DNA from: Vampirovibrionales bacterium
GTDB lineage: Bacteria; Cyanobacteriota; Vampirovibrionia; Vampirovibrionales; JAJTHC01
Assembly (NCBI GenBank): GCA_044345135.1
Contig: JBIJBR010000001.1
Coordinates: forward strand, 1-35,297
DNA length: 35,297 nt
Direction: 5' to 3'
Part shown: one piece after another, positions 16,482 through 25,520 of the stretch
Numbering within the stretch: the stretch's first letter is position 1
How the letters are laid out: every line of letters starts with the position of its first letter
The notes under the pieces: model-generated
Databases searched by the model: none
The model's input: the letters and a program-made list of their open reading frames with translations, nothing else
What the model was told of the DNA's origin: nothing
Translations under genes and position numbers: made by a program

Positions 16482-16940
16482 ATGCCTTATTCGCTGCGTC
16501 TTAATTCCTATCAATGGGCAGGGATTTATGAGTATTGATGCGGGTTTCCAGAAATTTACGCCAAAAATGAAGCCGTCTGCGATGCCTTAAGCAATCCGTT
16601 AGACTTTAGGGTTCGTGGGGCTCAGGTTCACGACGCGACTCACGCCATTGCTCTAATTTGGACGCTTCAGGCGGCAGCCTTGCTGGCGGACAAGGGCGAT
16701 GATTGTGAGGCTGTTCGTGATTTTGCCCGGAATCAGGGGATTGAACCTCATATCCCTCCTCGTCAAAACCGTGTAGAAACAAGGTTTTATGATAAAGCAC
16801 TGTATCAAGAGCGTCACAAAATTGAGTGCTTGTTTGGATTGATGAATCATGGCCGACGGCTTTTTTCTCGCTTCGACAAGACAAAAAGGCGTTTTACCGC
16901 CTTCTTGCCTTTTGCAGGGGCCTTGCTTTTGCCAAAATGA
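16482..16940 (+). pseudogene. IS5-family (IS427/IS1031-like) DDE transposase pseudogene
   Basis: AAGGAG then ATG 16482 gives MPYSLRLNSYQWAGIYEY, followed by an in-frame TGA at 16536. The same frame continues AVCDALSNPLDFRVRGAQVHDATHAI..LADKGDD..IPPRQNR..YDKALYQERHKIECLFG..RRLFSRFDK. This is the C-terminal half of IS5-family transposases, and the central ~100 aa are missing. Confidence 0.7.
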
Positions 16941-16953
16941 AATCTCAACAGAA
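16940..16953. repeat. Right terminal inverted repeat of the IS remnant
   Basis: AAATCTCAACAGAA starts at the last base of the transposase stop codon. Confidence 0.8.
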
Positions 16954-16998
16954 TATAGAGAAAGAAGAAAAGTGTCCCTAAAAAATGCTTAGAATAAA

Positions 16999-17619
16999 TT
17001 ATCTGGCCACTGTCTCTAATTGCCCCAACATAAAACGCTCCAAAACAAGAGGGTACAGCGCATGTTCTTCTCGTAACACTCGCTGTGCCAAGCTTTCAAC
17101 CGTGTCGTCTGGTAAGACTTCAACGCGACTCTGTCCTAAAATAGGACCTGAATCCACTTCATCCGTGACCATGTGGACGGTACAGCCCGTATATTTTTCA
17201 GCATTGGCCAAAACACTCGCATGAACCCGATTCCCAAACATATGAGTCCCCCCATAGGCAGGGAGCAAACTGGGATGGATATTCGTGATTTTACCTGCAT
17301 AGGGGGTGGTTAAAATGGGAGTTAAAATTTTCAAATAGCCCGCCAAGGCAATATAATCAATCTGTCGTGCCTGTAGCTCACTGAATAAGGCGTAATCAAA
17401 CGCTTCGGGAGAATCAAAATCACGGGGGGTTAAACATAAGGTGGGAATGTGGTGCTCACGCGCATATTCTAAGCCTTGGGCTTGAGGCTTTTGACTAAAC
17501 ACCAGTGTCAAGTCCGCATGAGTAAGTACCCCATCCAAAATAGCGCGATGGATCGCTTGCATATTCGACCCTGTACCCGAAATAAAGACGGCTAATTGAT
17601 AGGGGTTCGTCGTTGACAT
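16999..17619 (-). CDS. purN: Phosphoribosylglycinamide formyltransferase
   Basis: 206 aa with AVFISGTGSNMQAI at the N-terminus and the NIHPSLLPAYGG active-site region. Confidence 0.92.
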   Translation of the reverse strand: MSTTNPYQLAVFISGTGSNMQAIHRAILDGVLTHADLTLVFSQKPQAQGLEYAREHHIPTLCLTPRDFDSPEAFDYALFSELQARQIDYIALAGYLKILTPILTTPYAGKITNIHPSLLPAYGGTHMFGNRVHASVLANAEKYTGCTVHMVTDEVDSGPILGQSRVEVLPDDTVESLAQRVLREEHALYPLVLERFMLGQLETVAR

Positions 17620-17622
17620 GCT

Positions 17623-18072
17623 TTATCCTTTATCGGTCATCGGTTGTGGGGTCGCTAAGGGGGTAAGATTTTCTTCTTCTAAGAGCAAATCCCCAAACAT
17701 TTGATGCCACTGCTTTGCCATAAACTTAATTTGACTCACGGGCAATGGTTTAAGCAAGGCCAAGGCCACCCTAAGATGTGGCAATTCGTCGTACCAACGA
17801 TTTTGGCGACGTTCACAAGCGGGCACATGCTTAAAGGCTTCTTGTGCTTGAATCAGAGACAAATCTAGGCGCTTACAGAGCGCTTTTAAAAATCGAGCGG
17901 TCAAGACTTGCTGCATCCCTTTGGGACAAAGATATAACAAATGCAAGGCCATTTTGAGATTGGCATATTCATCATACCAACGCGTATGGCGAATGGCTTG
18001 AAACGTGGTGTTTTTCAGAGACGTATGAATAGGAGAGCTGGAAAGTTCGGGCTGGGGACGAGAAGTCATCAT
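17623..18072 (-). CDS. Hypothetical small protein with two R-W-Y-D repeats
   Basis: 149 aa containing RHTRWYDEYANLKMALHLLYLCP and RRQNRWYDELPHLRVALALLKPLP. Its stop lies 3 nt before the purN start. Paralogue of ORF 25020-25520. Confidence 0.7.
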   Translation of the reverse strand: MMTSRPQPELSSSPIHTSLKNTTFQAIRHTRWYDEYANLKMALHLLYLCPKGMQQVLTARFLKALCKRLDLSLIQAQEAFKHVPACERRQNRWYDELPHLRVALALLKPLPVSQIKFMAKQWHQMFGDLLLEEENLTPLATPQPMTDKG

Positions 18073-18254
18073 AGAAAATGTCCTCTAAGTTATAAAGTAT
18101 AAGGACGGATAGTCCGCACAAATTCCAAGACTAAGGTTCTTTTAAGACCTAATTATATATTATTTCATGCTTATGGTAAAGTAAAGAAATAACTCATTTA
18201 TTCTGGGACGAAAATCTAGATCGGTCTCATTCATAGGTATGGAGCATTCACCCA

Positions 18255-19013
18255 ATGTCTAAGCCGTCACAAAGCGAAGTGGCCTCTACGATTCCCCCTA
18301 TTATTGTCGCCTTAGACGTTCGAGGCAAACGCGAAGCACTCGCACTGGTGGAGCGTCTAAAACCCGCGGGTCTGACTCATGTGAAAGTGGGCATGTCTCT
18401 TTTTTACGAAGCAGGGATTGAGCTGATTGAATTGTTAGAATCGCAAGGTTTAAAGGTGTTTGTGGATTTAAAATTGCATGATATTCCCCAAACCGTCGTT
18501 CGCACCGTCGATGTTTTGATTCGAGGAGGCGCCAGATTCTTAAACGTCCATACCCTTGGCGGCTTTGAAATGATGCAACGGGCAGCAGAGCAGGCTCAAA
18601 AAAGCGCGGACCGCTTGGGGATTCCTACGGTGAACCTCATTGGCGTCACCATTTTAACCAGTCATCACCCCAAGGATTTTTCACAGGACTTACAAAGCCG
18701 CTTGACTTTGTCAGAAATGGTCCAACATTTGGCACGCCAAGCGAAAGACGCGGGACTTCAAGGCGTGGTCTGTTCCGCGGAAGAAGCAGCCCGTTTACGT
18801 GAAGCGCTTGGGCCAGACTTCTTAAAAGTCACCCCAGGAATTCGTCCTCTCGCCTATGGCCACGCGGACGATCAAGCCCGTGTCTTAACCCCTTTAAACG
18901 CTTCACAAGAAGGGGCGACGCATCTGGTGGTTGGCCGTCCGATTTATGAGGCAGAGCACCCTGAAGAGGTCTTAGCCGCCATGCTAGGGGAACTCGCGAC
19001 GACTTTGGTCTAA
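18255..19013 (+). CDS. pyrF: Orotidine 5'-phosphate decarboxylase
   Basis: IIVALDV, HVKVGMSLF, DLKLHDIPQTV and VTPGIRP motifs. GGAG RBS upstream. Confidence 0.92.
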   Translation: MSKPSQSEVASTIPPIIVALDVRGKREALALVERLKPAGLTHVKVGMSLFYEAGIELIELLESQGLKVFVDLKLHDIPQTVVRTVDVLIRGGARFLNVHTLGGFEMMQRAAEQAQKSADRLGIPTVNLIGVTILTSHHPKDFSQDLQSRLTLSEMVQHLARQAKDAGLQGVVCSAEEAARLREALGPDFLKVTPGIRPLAYGHADDQARVLTPLNASQEGATHLVVGRPIYEAEHPEEVLAAMLGELATTLV

Positions 19014-19020
19014 AGCAAAA

Positions 19021-19050
19021 CAGAGTGCTTCCAAAGAAGCACCCTGTTTG
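19021..19050. terminator. Shared hairpin terminator between convergent pyrF and ORF 19075-19695
   Basis: GTGCTTC (19025-19031) pairs with GAAGCAC (19036-19042) around a 4-nt loop, extended by CAG/CTG. T3 follows on the + strand and T4 on the - strand. Confidence 0.55.
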
Positions 19051-19074
19051 TAGACTATGGATCGTATTCGTTAT

Positions 19075-19695
19075 TTATTTTAAAAGCTCAGCAGGATTCA
19101 CACGAGGAGAAGCCGCTTCAGCATTGGCAATGGTAATATTGGCAACATTTAAGGCTTTTTGCTCACGTTCTAAACGATTGCTTAAAAGATCTTCTTGATC
19201 ATGCCAATAGCTCAGCATTTGACGCAACTGCTCTTGAACGCCTACTTCCGTCGTGGTGAAGGAAAGAGGAATATATTGTAACAGTGTGTTCGCTTCAGGC
19301 AAGGCCTTGACCACAAATTCTTGGCTATAGACATTGTCTTCGTCTTGAATCACTTGACTCAAGTCACTGGTATACGCTTGCCATAAGGAAGCGGTTGCTT
19401 CGGAATTATTGTCTTGGCTACTTAAATAAATCGCTTGAGCTTGACGTAGAGCGTTTTTTTGGATGCCTTGGCTATTTTTTAAGTTTTGCACACGACGAGT
19501 CGCTTCTTGTTGATTTTGAGTCGCTTCTTCTAAAATACGGCTTTGTAACGCATAAGGAGAACGAGTTGTTTCAACGGTATTTAAAAAATCAACTTGATCC
19601 AAAGACTGAATACGCGTGGAGGCGATTAAGACTTGGGTCGTTTGACTTTGTTGCTTTAAAGGAGAAACGGTTACGGTAGTTTGTGAAGTAGTCAT
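19075..19695 (-). CDS. Hypothetical Gln/Thr-rich protein
   Basis: No family recognised. ATG 19695 has AAGGTG upstream (the ORF track starts at GTG 19707). Confidence 0.6.
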   Translation of the reverse strand: MTTSQTTVTVSPLKQQSQTTQVLIASTRIQSLDQVDFLNTVETTRSPYALQSRILEEATQNQQEATRRVQNLKNSQGIQKNALRQAQAIYLSSQDNNSEATASLWQAYTSDLSQVIQDEDNVYSQEFVVKALPEANTLLQYIPLSFTTTEVGVQEQLRQMLSYWHDQEDLLSNRLEREQKALNVANITIANAEAASPRVNPAELLK

Positions 19696-19886
19696 GATAA
19701 TCAGCACCTTTAATGATTAAAGGGAAATCCGTTCCCACTGAGCGAGTAACAAGAGAGAAAAATGAATTCCAACTTACAAATAGACTATCGAACGCTATGA
19801 CAAAAGACTTGAGCAAGATGAAACATTTTGTTACAAAGTTAAAAATACCCTATTTTACCCTTTTATTTCCCTTTCTTTTTTTTTGA

Positions 19887-20987
<1,101 letters not shown>

Positions 20988-20999
20988 TTTTGTTTTCAA

Positions 21000-21028
21000 G
21001 GGGGTCAATTGGATTGACCCCCTTTTTT
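21000..21028 (+). terminator. Strong Rho-independent terminator after gap
   Basis: GGGGGTCAAT (21000-21009) pairs with ATTGACCCCC (21013-21022). 10 bp perfect, 3-nt loop, then T6 (21023-21028). Confidence 0.85.
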
Positions 21029-21057
21029 GCTTCTTTAAATTTATAAGGATAAACAAA

Positions 21058-21537
21058 ATGCGTTTAATCTCCCCCCCTCCCTCCCCCGCCTTTCAAACTC
21101 AACGACAAGGAGGAAGTTCTTTTTCAGAACTAGCAAAAGTTTTGGATAAATTACAGTCTGCAATGAATTTCACAGTTTCTAAAGATGCTAAAGCACCAAA
21201 AGACTGGTATACTAGGGTTGAAAACTTAAAACAAAAAGCCCGTCGACTCAAAAAACAGTTATCAAGTCTTCCTACTGCTTTAGAACAGCGTTATAATCAG
21301 TTAATGAATCAGAAGACAATTTTAAGCCCTAAAATAACTAAGTCAAATGTTCAAGGAAAACCAAGTGTAGTAAAAAAACCTTCTATTTCTGAACGTATAG
21401 AAAGACTTAAAAAACAAATTGCAATTCAGTCTGCCCAAGCTTCTAAAAATACAGACCCCGATCAGTCTCGGTTTTTATCTCTGGGAATTGTAGACTTAAC
21501 AAAGCAATTGAATTTTCTTATTCCTAGAAAAAAATAG
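21058..21537 (+). CDS. Hypothetical Lys-rich protein, QRQG N-terminal-module family
   Basis: 159 aa. The N-terminus is MRLISPPPSPAFQTQRQGG. The remainder is AT-rich and predicted helical/basic. Shares its RBS and 5' end with ORF 21694. Confidence 0.6.
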   Translation: MRLISPPPSPAFQTQRQGGSSFSELAKVLDKLQSAMNFTVSKDAKAPKDWYTRVENLKQKARRLKKQLSSLPTALEQRYNQLMNQKTILSPKITKSNVQGKPSVVKKPSISERIERLKKQIAIQSAQASKNTDPDQSRFLSLGIVDLTKQLNFLIPRKK

Positions 21538-21693
21538 TGTACTTACTAAATTTAGGATTTTTATTATTGAGATATTTAACTAAATAGCTTGTATACTACT
21601 TCTTATCTAATCATAAGAAGGCTATTTTATGCATTGTCCCAAATGTGGCTCATCTGAAAGATATAAATCAGGTTTTATTTAAGGAAAAACAAA

Positions 21694-22212
21694 ATGCGTT
21701 TGACTGCTCTCTCCCTCTCTTCCCCACCTCACGCTCAACGACAAGGCATCGTTCGTGATTCTAAATTTAGGGATGTTTTCGGTCTAAATCCAAGTAGGGA
21801 TTTTTCAGCTTACGACCCAAGAGTGAAACATTCGGAAACAATACCTCAATCGAAAGCGGATCAAGCTCACTTACTAAAAATAGTTGAAGAGATGATCGTT
21901 GAACCTTTTAAGAATAGAAATGTAACGATTTATTTTGATAAAGGCCACCGTTCGCGGCAGTCTAGGGAAGATTATGGATTATGGTTTGATGAGCTTGAGG
22001 CAAAGTTTAAGCAAGAAAGTCTTAGGATCTTTAAGGGCCAGAGGCTTATTGATGAAAACTCCGAACTGATTCCTTATCATGATCAAGAAAATCCCAAGTA
22101 CCGTGACCTTAAGCAGGTTTCTGTTTTCAGTATATTTTTAAAAAATTATACTGAACCGCAACTTAAAACTTTGAAAGAGCTACTAACAACAACTATTTCG
22201 AGACGTGTTTGA
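21694..22212 (+). CDS. Hypothetical protein, QRQG N-terminal-module family
   Basis: 172 aa. The N-terminus is MRLTALSLSSPPHAQRQGIVRDSKF. The TGA stop overlaps the trpC ATG (TGATG). Confidence 0.6.
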   Translation: MRLTALSLSSPPHAQRQGIVRDSKFRDVFGLNPSRDFSAYDPRVKHSETIPQSKADQAHLLKIVEEMIVEPFKNRNVTIYFDKGHRSRQSREDYGLWFDELEAKFKQESLRIFKGQRLIDENSELIPYHDQENPKYRDLKQVSVFSIFLKNYTEPQLKTLKELLTTTISRRV

Positions 22213-22961
22213 TGCTTAGCATTCTTGATGAAATTGTCGAACATAAACGAAAAGAACTGGCGCTTTGGAAATCTCAAGCCCCCATTGAGTATTGGCTTAA
22301 TGTGGCTCAACCGAAAGCCGACGCTGATGCCTTTCGCTTTGAACATGCCTTGCGTGAAGCCAAAACAGGCTTGCACCTCATTGGGGAACTCAAACCCAAG
22401 TCCCCGAGCGCGGGTGTTTTACAAGAAACGCCTGATGTACCAAAGATTATCGGAGCCTATAATCAAAGTTGCTCCGCCATTTCGGTTTTGACGGACGTCC
22501 ACTACTTTGGGGGAGGCTTTGACTTGCTCGAAGAAGTGAAAACCCTTACGAATAAGCCTGTCTTATGCAAGGATTTCATTATTGATTTGTATCAGGTGTT
22601 ACTGGCCGTTTCCAGCGGAGCGGATGCGGTTTTACTGATTATGAAATGCTTGGACGACTTTGACTACATTAGTCTTTTTGAAGCCATACGTAGTTACGGG
22701 CTAACCCCTGTCGTGGAAGTACAGAATGAAGAAGAGCTCAAGCGGGCTTTCTTGCCTCATCCCCCTGTGATTTTAATCAATAACCGTAATTTATCTACCT
22801 TTGACATTGAAAAAGAAACGACCACACGCCTCGCTCCCTTATGCCCCCCTGAAACCGTGATTATCACCGCCAGTGGTTTTCAAGATTTAGCGGATGCTCA
22901 GCCTTATCAAGATTTGGCGCATGCGGTTTTAATTGGCTCCGCTTTTATGAAGACGCTTTAA
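22212..22961 (+). CDS. trpC: Indole-3-glycerol phosphate synthase
   Basis: MLSILDEIVEHKRKEL, LIGELKPKSPS, ISVLTDVHYFGG, CKDFIIDLYQ, GADAVLLI, VEVQNEEEL and ILINNRNLSTF motifs. ATG 22212 is preferred over TTG 22209. Confidence 0.9.
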   Translation: MLSILDEIVEHKRKELALWKSQAPIEYWLNVAQPKADADAFRFEHALREAKTGLHLIGELKPKSPSAGVLQETPDVPKIIGAYNQSCSAISVLTDVHYFGGGFDLLEEVKTLTNKPVLCKDFIIDLYQVLLAVSSGADAVLLIMKCLDDFDYISLFEAIRSYGLTPVVEVQNEEELKRAFLPHPPVILINNRNLSTFDIEKETTTRLAPLCPPETVIITASGFQDLADAQPYQDLAHAVLIGSAFMKTL

Positions 22962-23491
22962 TTATTTTGGAAATAGGTGGCCGTACAATTAATCGCCGTC
23001 ACCTCACCTGTAATATGATTCAAATTAAACTCAAAGCGATCACTACAGGTTGTTGTGGTAGGGTCTATATTGGGTTCACCATTGCCATTAATATCGACAT
23101 AAAAAACATCCGTTGCGGTGGCATTGCTTAATAAGCCATAGACCCTTATATCATCATTTAAAATAAAGGCCCCTTCATCGACGGCACTCGTTACGCCTGT
23201 GGGTAAGCAGGGTGCTAGGTTCGCCGCGCTTAATCCACAGGCTTGGGTATAATTGACTTTTGCTTTTAAAGCTTCCCAGCGGGTGCTTAATGTATTAAAA
23301 GCGTCACCTCTCGCATTTTCTTCATAGAATAATTGTTCAAAATTATTTAAAACCTTCGTCATTCGTTCCTTCATTGTGGTTGCTTGGCTAGTCTGCAAAA
23401 CCTTAGAAATACTAAACCCAAGAATAACACCAAGTACTGAAAGCGTTATTGCAAGTTCCGAAAGTGTAAAAGCATTATTTGGACTGCGCAT
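22958..23491 (-). CDS. Type IV pilin-like / pseudopilin protein
   Basis: Prepilin-type N-terminus MRSPNNA|FTLSELAITLSVLGVILGF with Glu at +5. ATG 23491 has AAGGA 7 nt upstream, and ATG 23506 is the alternative. Its stop overlaps the trpC stop. Confidence 0.75.
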   Translation of the reverse strand: MRSPNNAFTLSELAITLSVLGVILGFSISKVLQTSQATTMKERMTKVLNNFEQLFYEENARGDAFNTLSTRWEALKAKVNYTQACGLSAANLAPCLPTGVTSAVDEGAFILNDDIRVYGLLSNATATDVFYVDINGNGEPNIDPTTTTCSDRFEFNLNHITGEVTAINCTATYFQNN

Positions 23492-23602
23492 TTCAAAATC
23501 CTTCATTAGTCTTAAGGGACAGGTGTTATTTCTTTATCGACGTATTTCAGATAAACTTGAATCAGTACCCCTTTTTAAGGATAAAAGGATAATCTCCTAA
23601 AG

Positions 23603-25015
23603 ATGTCAAACACGCTTTCCCTTCACAATGACTCTAAACGATTGAACCCCATGGTCGAAAAAACAGTGGCCTTCGTGACGTTGGGATGTAAAGCCAATGC
23701 CTTAGAAAGTTCAGCTTTGGCGGATCGCTTTAAGGACCTAGGGTGGCAGGTATTACCTTCGGAGCTTCCTGCGTCTTTATATATTTTCAATACCTGTACC
23801 GTCACGGAAAAAGCCGATGCGGAAGCGCGACGACTCATTCGTAAATGTAAGCGTCAAAATCCTGCGAGTCGTGTCGCGGTGACAGGGTGCTATGCCCAAG
23901 TCTCACCTCAAACCTTTAAAACGATGGGAGGCATTGACTTTATTATCGGCAATAATTTAAAGGATTCGCTCGCCGATTTAATTGTAAATCAATTTACCAA
24001 TTATTATGCAGATTTAAATGATGGCCCCTTGATTATGGTGGATGATTTTGAAAAAAGCCGTGAATTGGTCTCTCGCATAGGCAGTTTTGCAGGCATTGCC
24101 CGTACCCGAGGCAGTCTTAAAATTCAAGATGGCTGTGACTATAAATGCACCTATTGCATTATTTGGAAGGGGCGAGGCCCCAGTCGTTGCCTTAGTGTGG
24201 AAGCCGTCACCCAACAAGTGCAACACATGGTGACGGAAGGCTTTAAAGACATCACCATTACGGGCATTAACATTGGTCAATATGAAGCGAATGGTACGGA
24301 TTTAGCGGGACTGCTGCGGCATGTTTATACGCAGGTGGGCGGGGACTATCAACTACGCCTCTCTTCTTTAGATCCCTTAGAAGTGACGGATGATTTAATG
24401 GATGCCATGAAAGCATCTAACGGTAAAATAGCGCCTCATGTGCATTTGTCTAGCCAAAGTGCGGAAGATAGCGTACTAAAAGCCATGGCGCGTCGGCACC
24501 ATGTGAAAGACTTAATTTATGTGTGCCAACGTTTAGAAGCATTAATGCCCCATATTGCCATTGGTTCGGACATTATCGTGGGGTTTCCCACGGAAACAGA
24601 CGAGGCCTTTGAAGCGTCTTTTCAAGTGCTTACTTCCATACCGATGCACTACTTACATGTGTTTCGATATTCTCCACGAGCAGGGACCCCTGCGGCAGAG
24701 ATGCGTCCGCAAGTGCAAGACTCTATTCGTAAGCTGCGCGCCACACGTTTAATTGCTTTAGCGGATCAGAAAAAACAGGCGTTTTATGAACGATTTATAG
24801 GCAAGACGCTTTCCATGCTTTGTGAATCACTTCAAGCGGACGGAAGTCTCGACGGCATTACTGAAAATTATATTCGCGTCAAGCTTTCCGCTCAGGAGGT
24901 ACGTCAATACCACTTAGAGGCCAACCAGCGTGTTTTGGTGGAGATTGAATCGGTACATCATGGGGAATGGGTGCATGCTCGTGTGGTACAAGAAGCACCC
25001 CTCACTATAAAATAA
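23603..25015 (+). CDS. mtaB: Radical-SAM methylthiotransferase, MtaB-like
   Basis: MTTase N-domain (VAFVTLGCKAN, FNTCTVTEKAD, VTGCYAQ), radical-SAM cluster (KIQDGCDYKCTYC), and HVFRYSPRAGTPAAEM followed by a TRAM-like end. The start could instead be ATG 23651. Confidence 0.85.
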   Translation: MSNTLSLHNDSKRLNPMVEKTVAFVTLGCKANALESSALADRFKDLGWQVLPSELPASLYIFNTCTVTEKADAEARRLIRKCKRQNPASRVAVTGCYAQVSPQTFKTMGGIDFIIGNNLKDSLADLIVNQFTNYYADLNDGPLIMVDDFEKSRELVSRIGSFAGIARTRGSLKIQDGCDYKCTYCIIWKGRGPSRCLSVEAVTQQVQHMVTEGFKDITITGINIGQYEANGTDLAGLLRHVYTQVGGDYQLRLSSLDPLEVTDDLMDAMKASNGKIAPHVHLSSQSAEDSVLKAMARRHHVKDLIYVCQRLEALMPHIAIGSDIIVGFPTETDEAFEASFQVLTSIPMHYLHVFRYSPRAGTPAAEMRPQVQDSIRKLRATRLIALADQKKQAFYERFIGKTLSMLCESLQADGSLDGITENYIRVKLSAQEVRQYHLEANQRVLVEIESVHHGEWVHARVVQEAPLTIK

Positions 25016-25019
25016 ACGC

Positions 25020-25520
25020 TTAATAAGTGGCTGAAGGTGATAGAATCAAACGTCCTTCCATTTCCAAACGGTCGATATAGTCATAAGCGTCTTGTTCACT
25101 TTCATTGACCCACGTCAATAAAGCCTGTTCAAAAACACCCCCATTAGGCTCTAGTCCGTAAGATTCGCAACGCCCCATATAGGTATGTAGCAAAGCAGTA
25201 CTGTCATTTAAAACCACCGCCATTTCACGGCGAGCGTGATCATCTAATAAATATAAGGCATTAAACGCACGATACGCATATTTATTTTTGTCATACCAGC
25301 GTTTACGACCCATCGACTTCAACAAGGACAGATGCTTATCACTCCCATGTTGTAACATAAAATTTTCTTTATGCTTTAATTGCATTTGACTCGTTTGTTG
25401 AATAATGACTTTTGCATACGATTCCACTTGCCATTGATTCATACGTTTCATACTGGTGACCAACGCCAACACTTCTTTATCTTTTTCATACCAACGAGAC
25501 CATACTTGTTTTTGAGACAT
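25020..25520 (-). CDS. Hypothetical small protein with two R-W-Y-D/E repeats (paralogue of 17623-18072)
   Basis: 166 aa containing WSRWYEKDKEVLALVTSMKRM and GRKRWYDKNKYAYRAFNALYLL. Confidence 0.7.
   Translation of the reverse strand: MSQKQVWSRWYEKDKEVLALVTSMKRMNQWQVESYAKVIIQQTSQMQLKHKENFMLQHGSDKHLSLLKSMGRKRWYDKNKYAYRAFNALYLLDDHARREMAVVLNDSTALLHTYMGRCESYGLEPNGGVFEQALLTWVNESEQDAYDYIDRLEMEGRLILSPSATY

Larger units (their letters stand above)
16428..16953 (+). mobile_element. Internally deleted IS5-family insertion sequence (526 bp) with intact terminal inverted repeats
   Basis: Perfect 14-bp inverted repeats TTCTGTTGAGATTT (16428-16441) and AAATCTCAACAGAA (16940-16953) enclose an SD, an ATG and a shortened DDE transposase frame. 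Confidence 0.7.

Noticed and set aside
16606-16884. Antisense ORFs (16606-16884, 16653-16850) in the IS remnant
   Set aside because: The + strand frame carries the recognisable transposase motifs, so these are shadows.
19876-19884. T9 run about 80 nt upstream of gap
   Set aside because: It lies in an AT-rich spacer, and I could not place convincing -35/-10 elements around it. There is no evidence that it acts as a variable promoter spacer.
22958-22961. trpC and the pilin-like gene end in overlapping stop codons on opposite strands (TTAA)
   Set aside because: This is real but trivial. It only shows that there is no intergenic terminator between the convergent genes, and it is not a system in itself.
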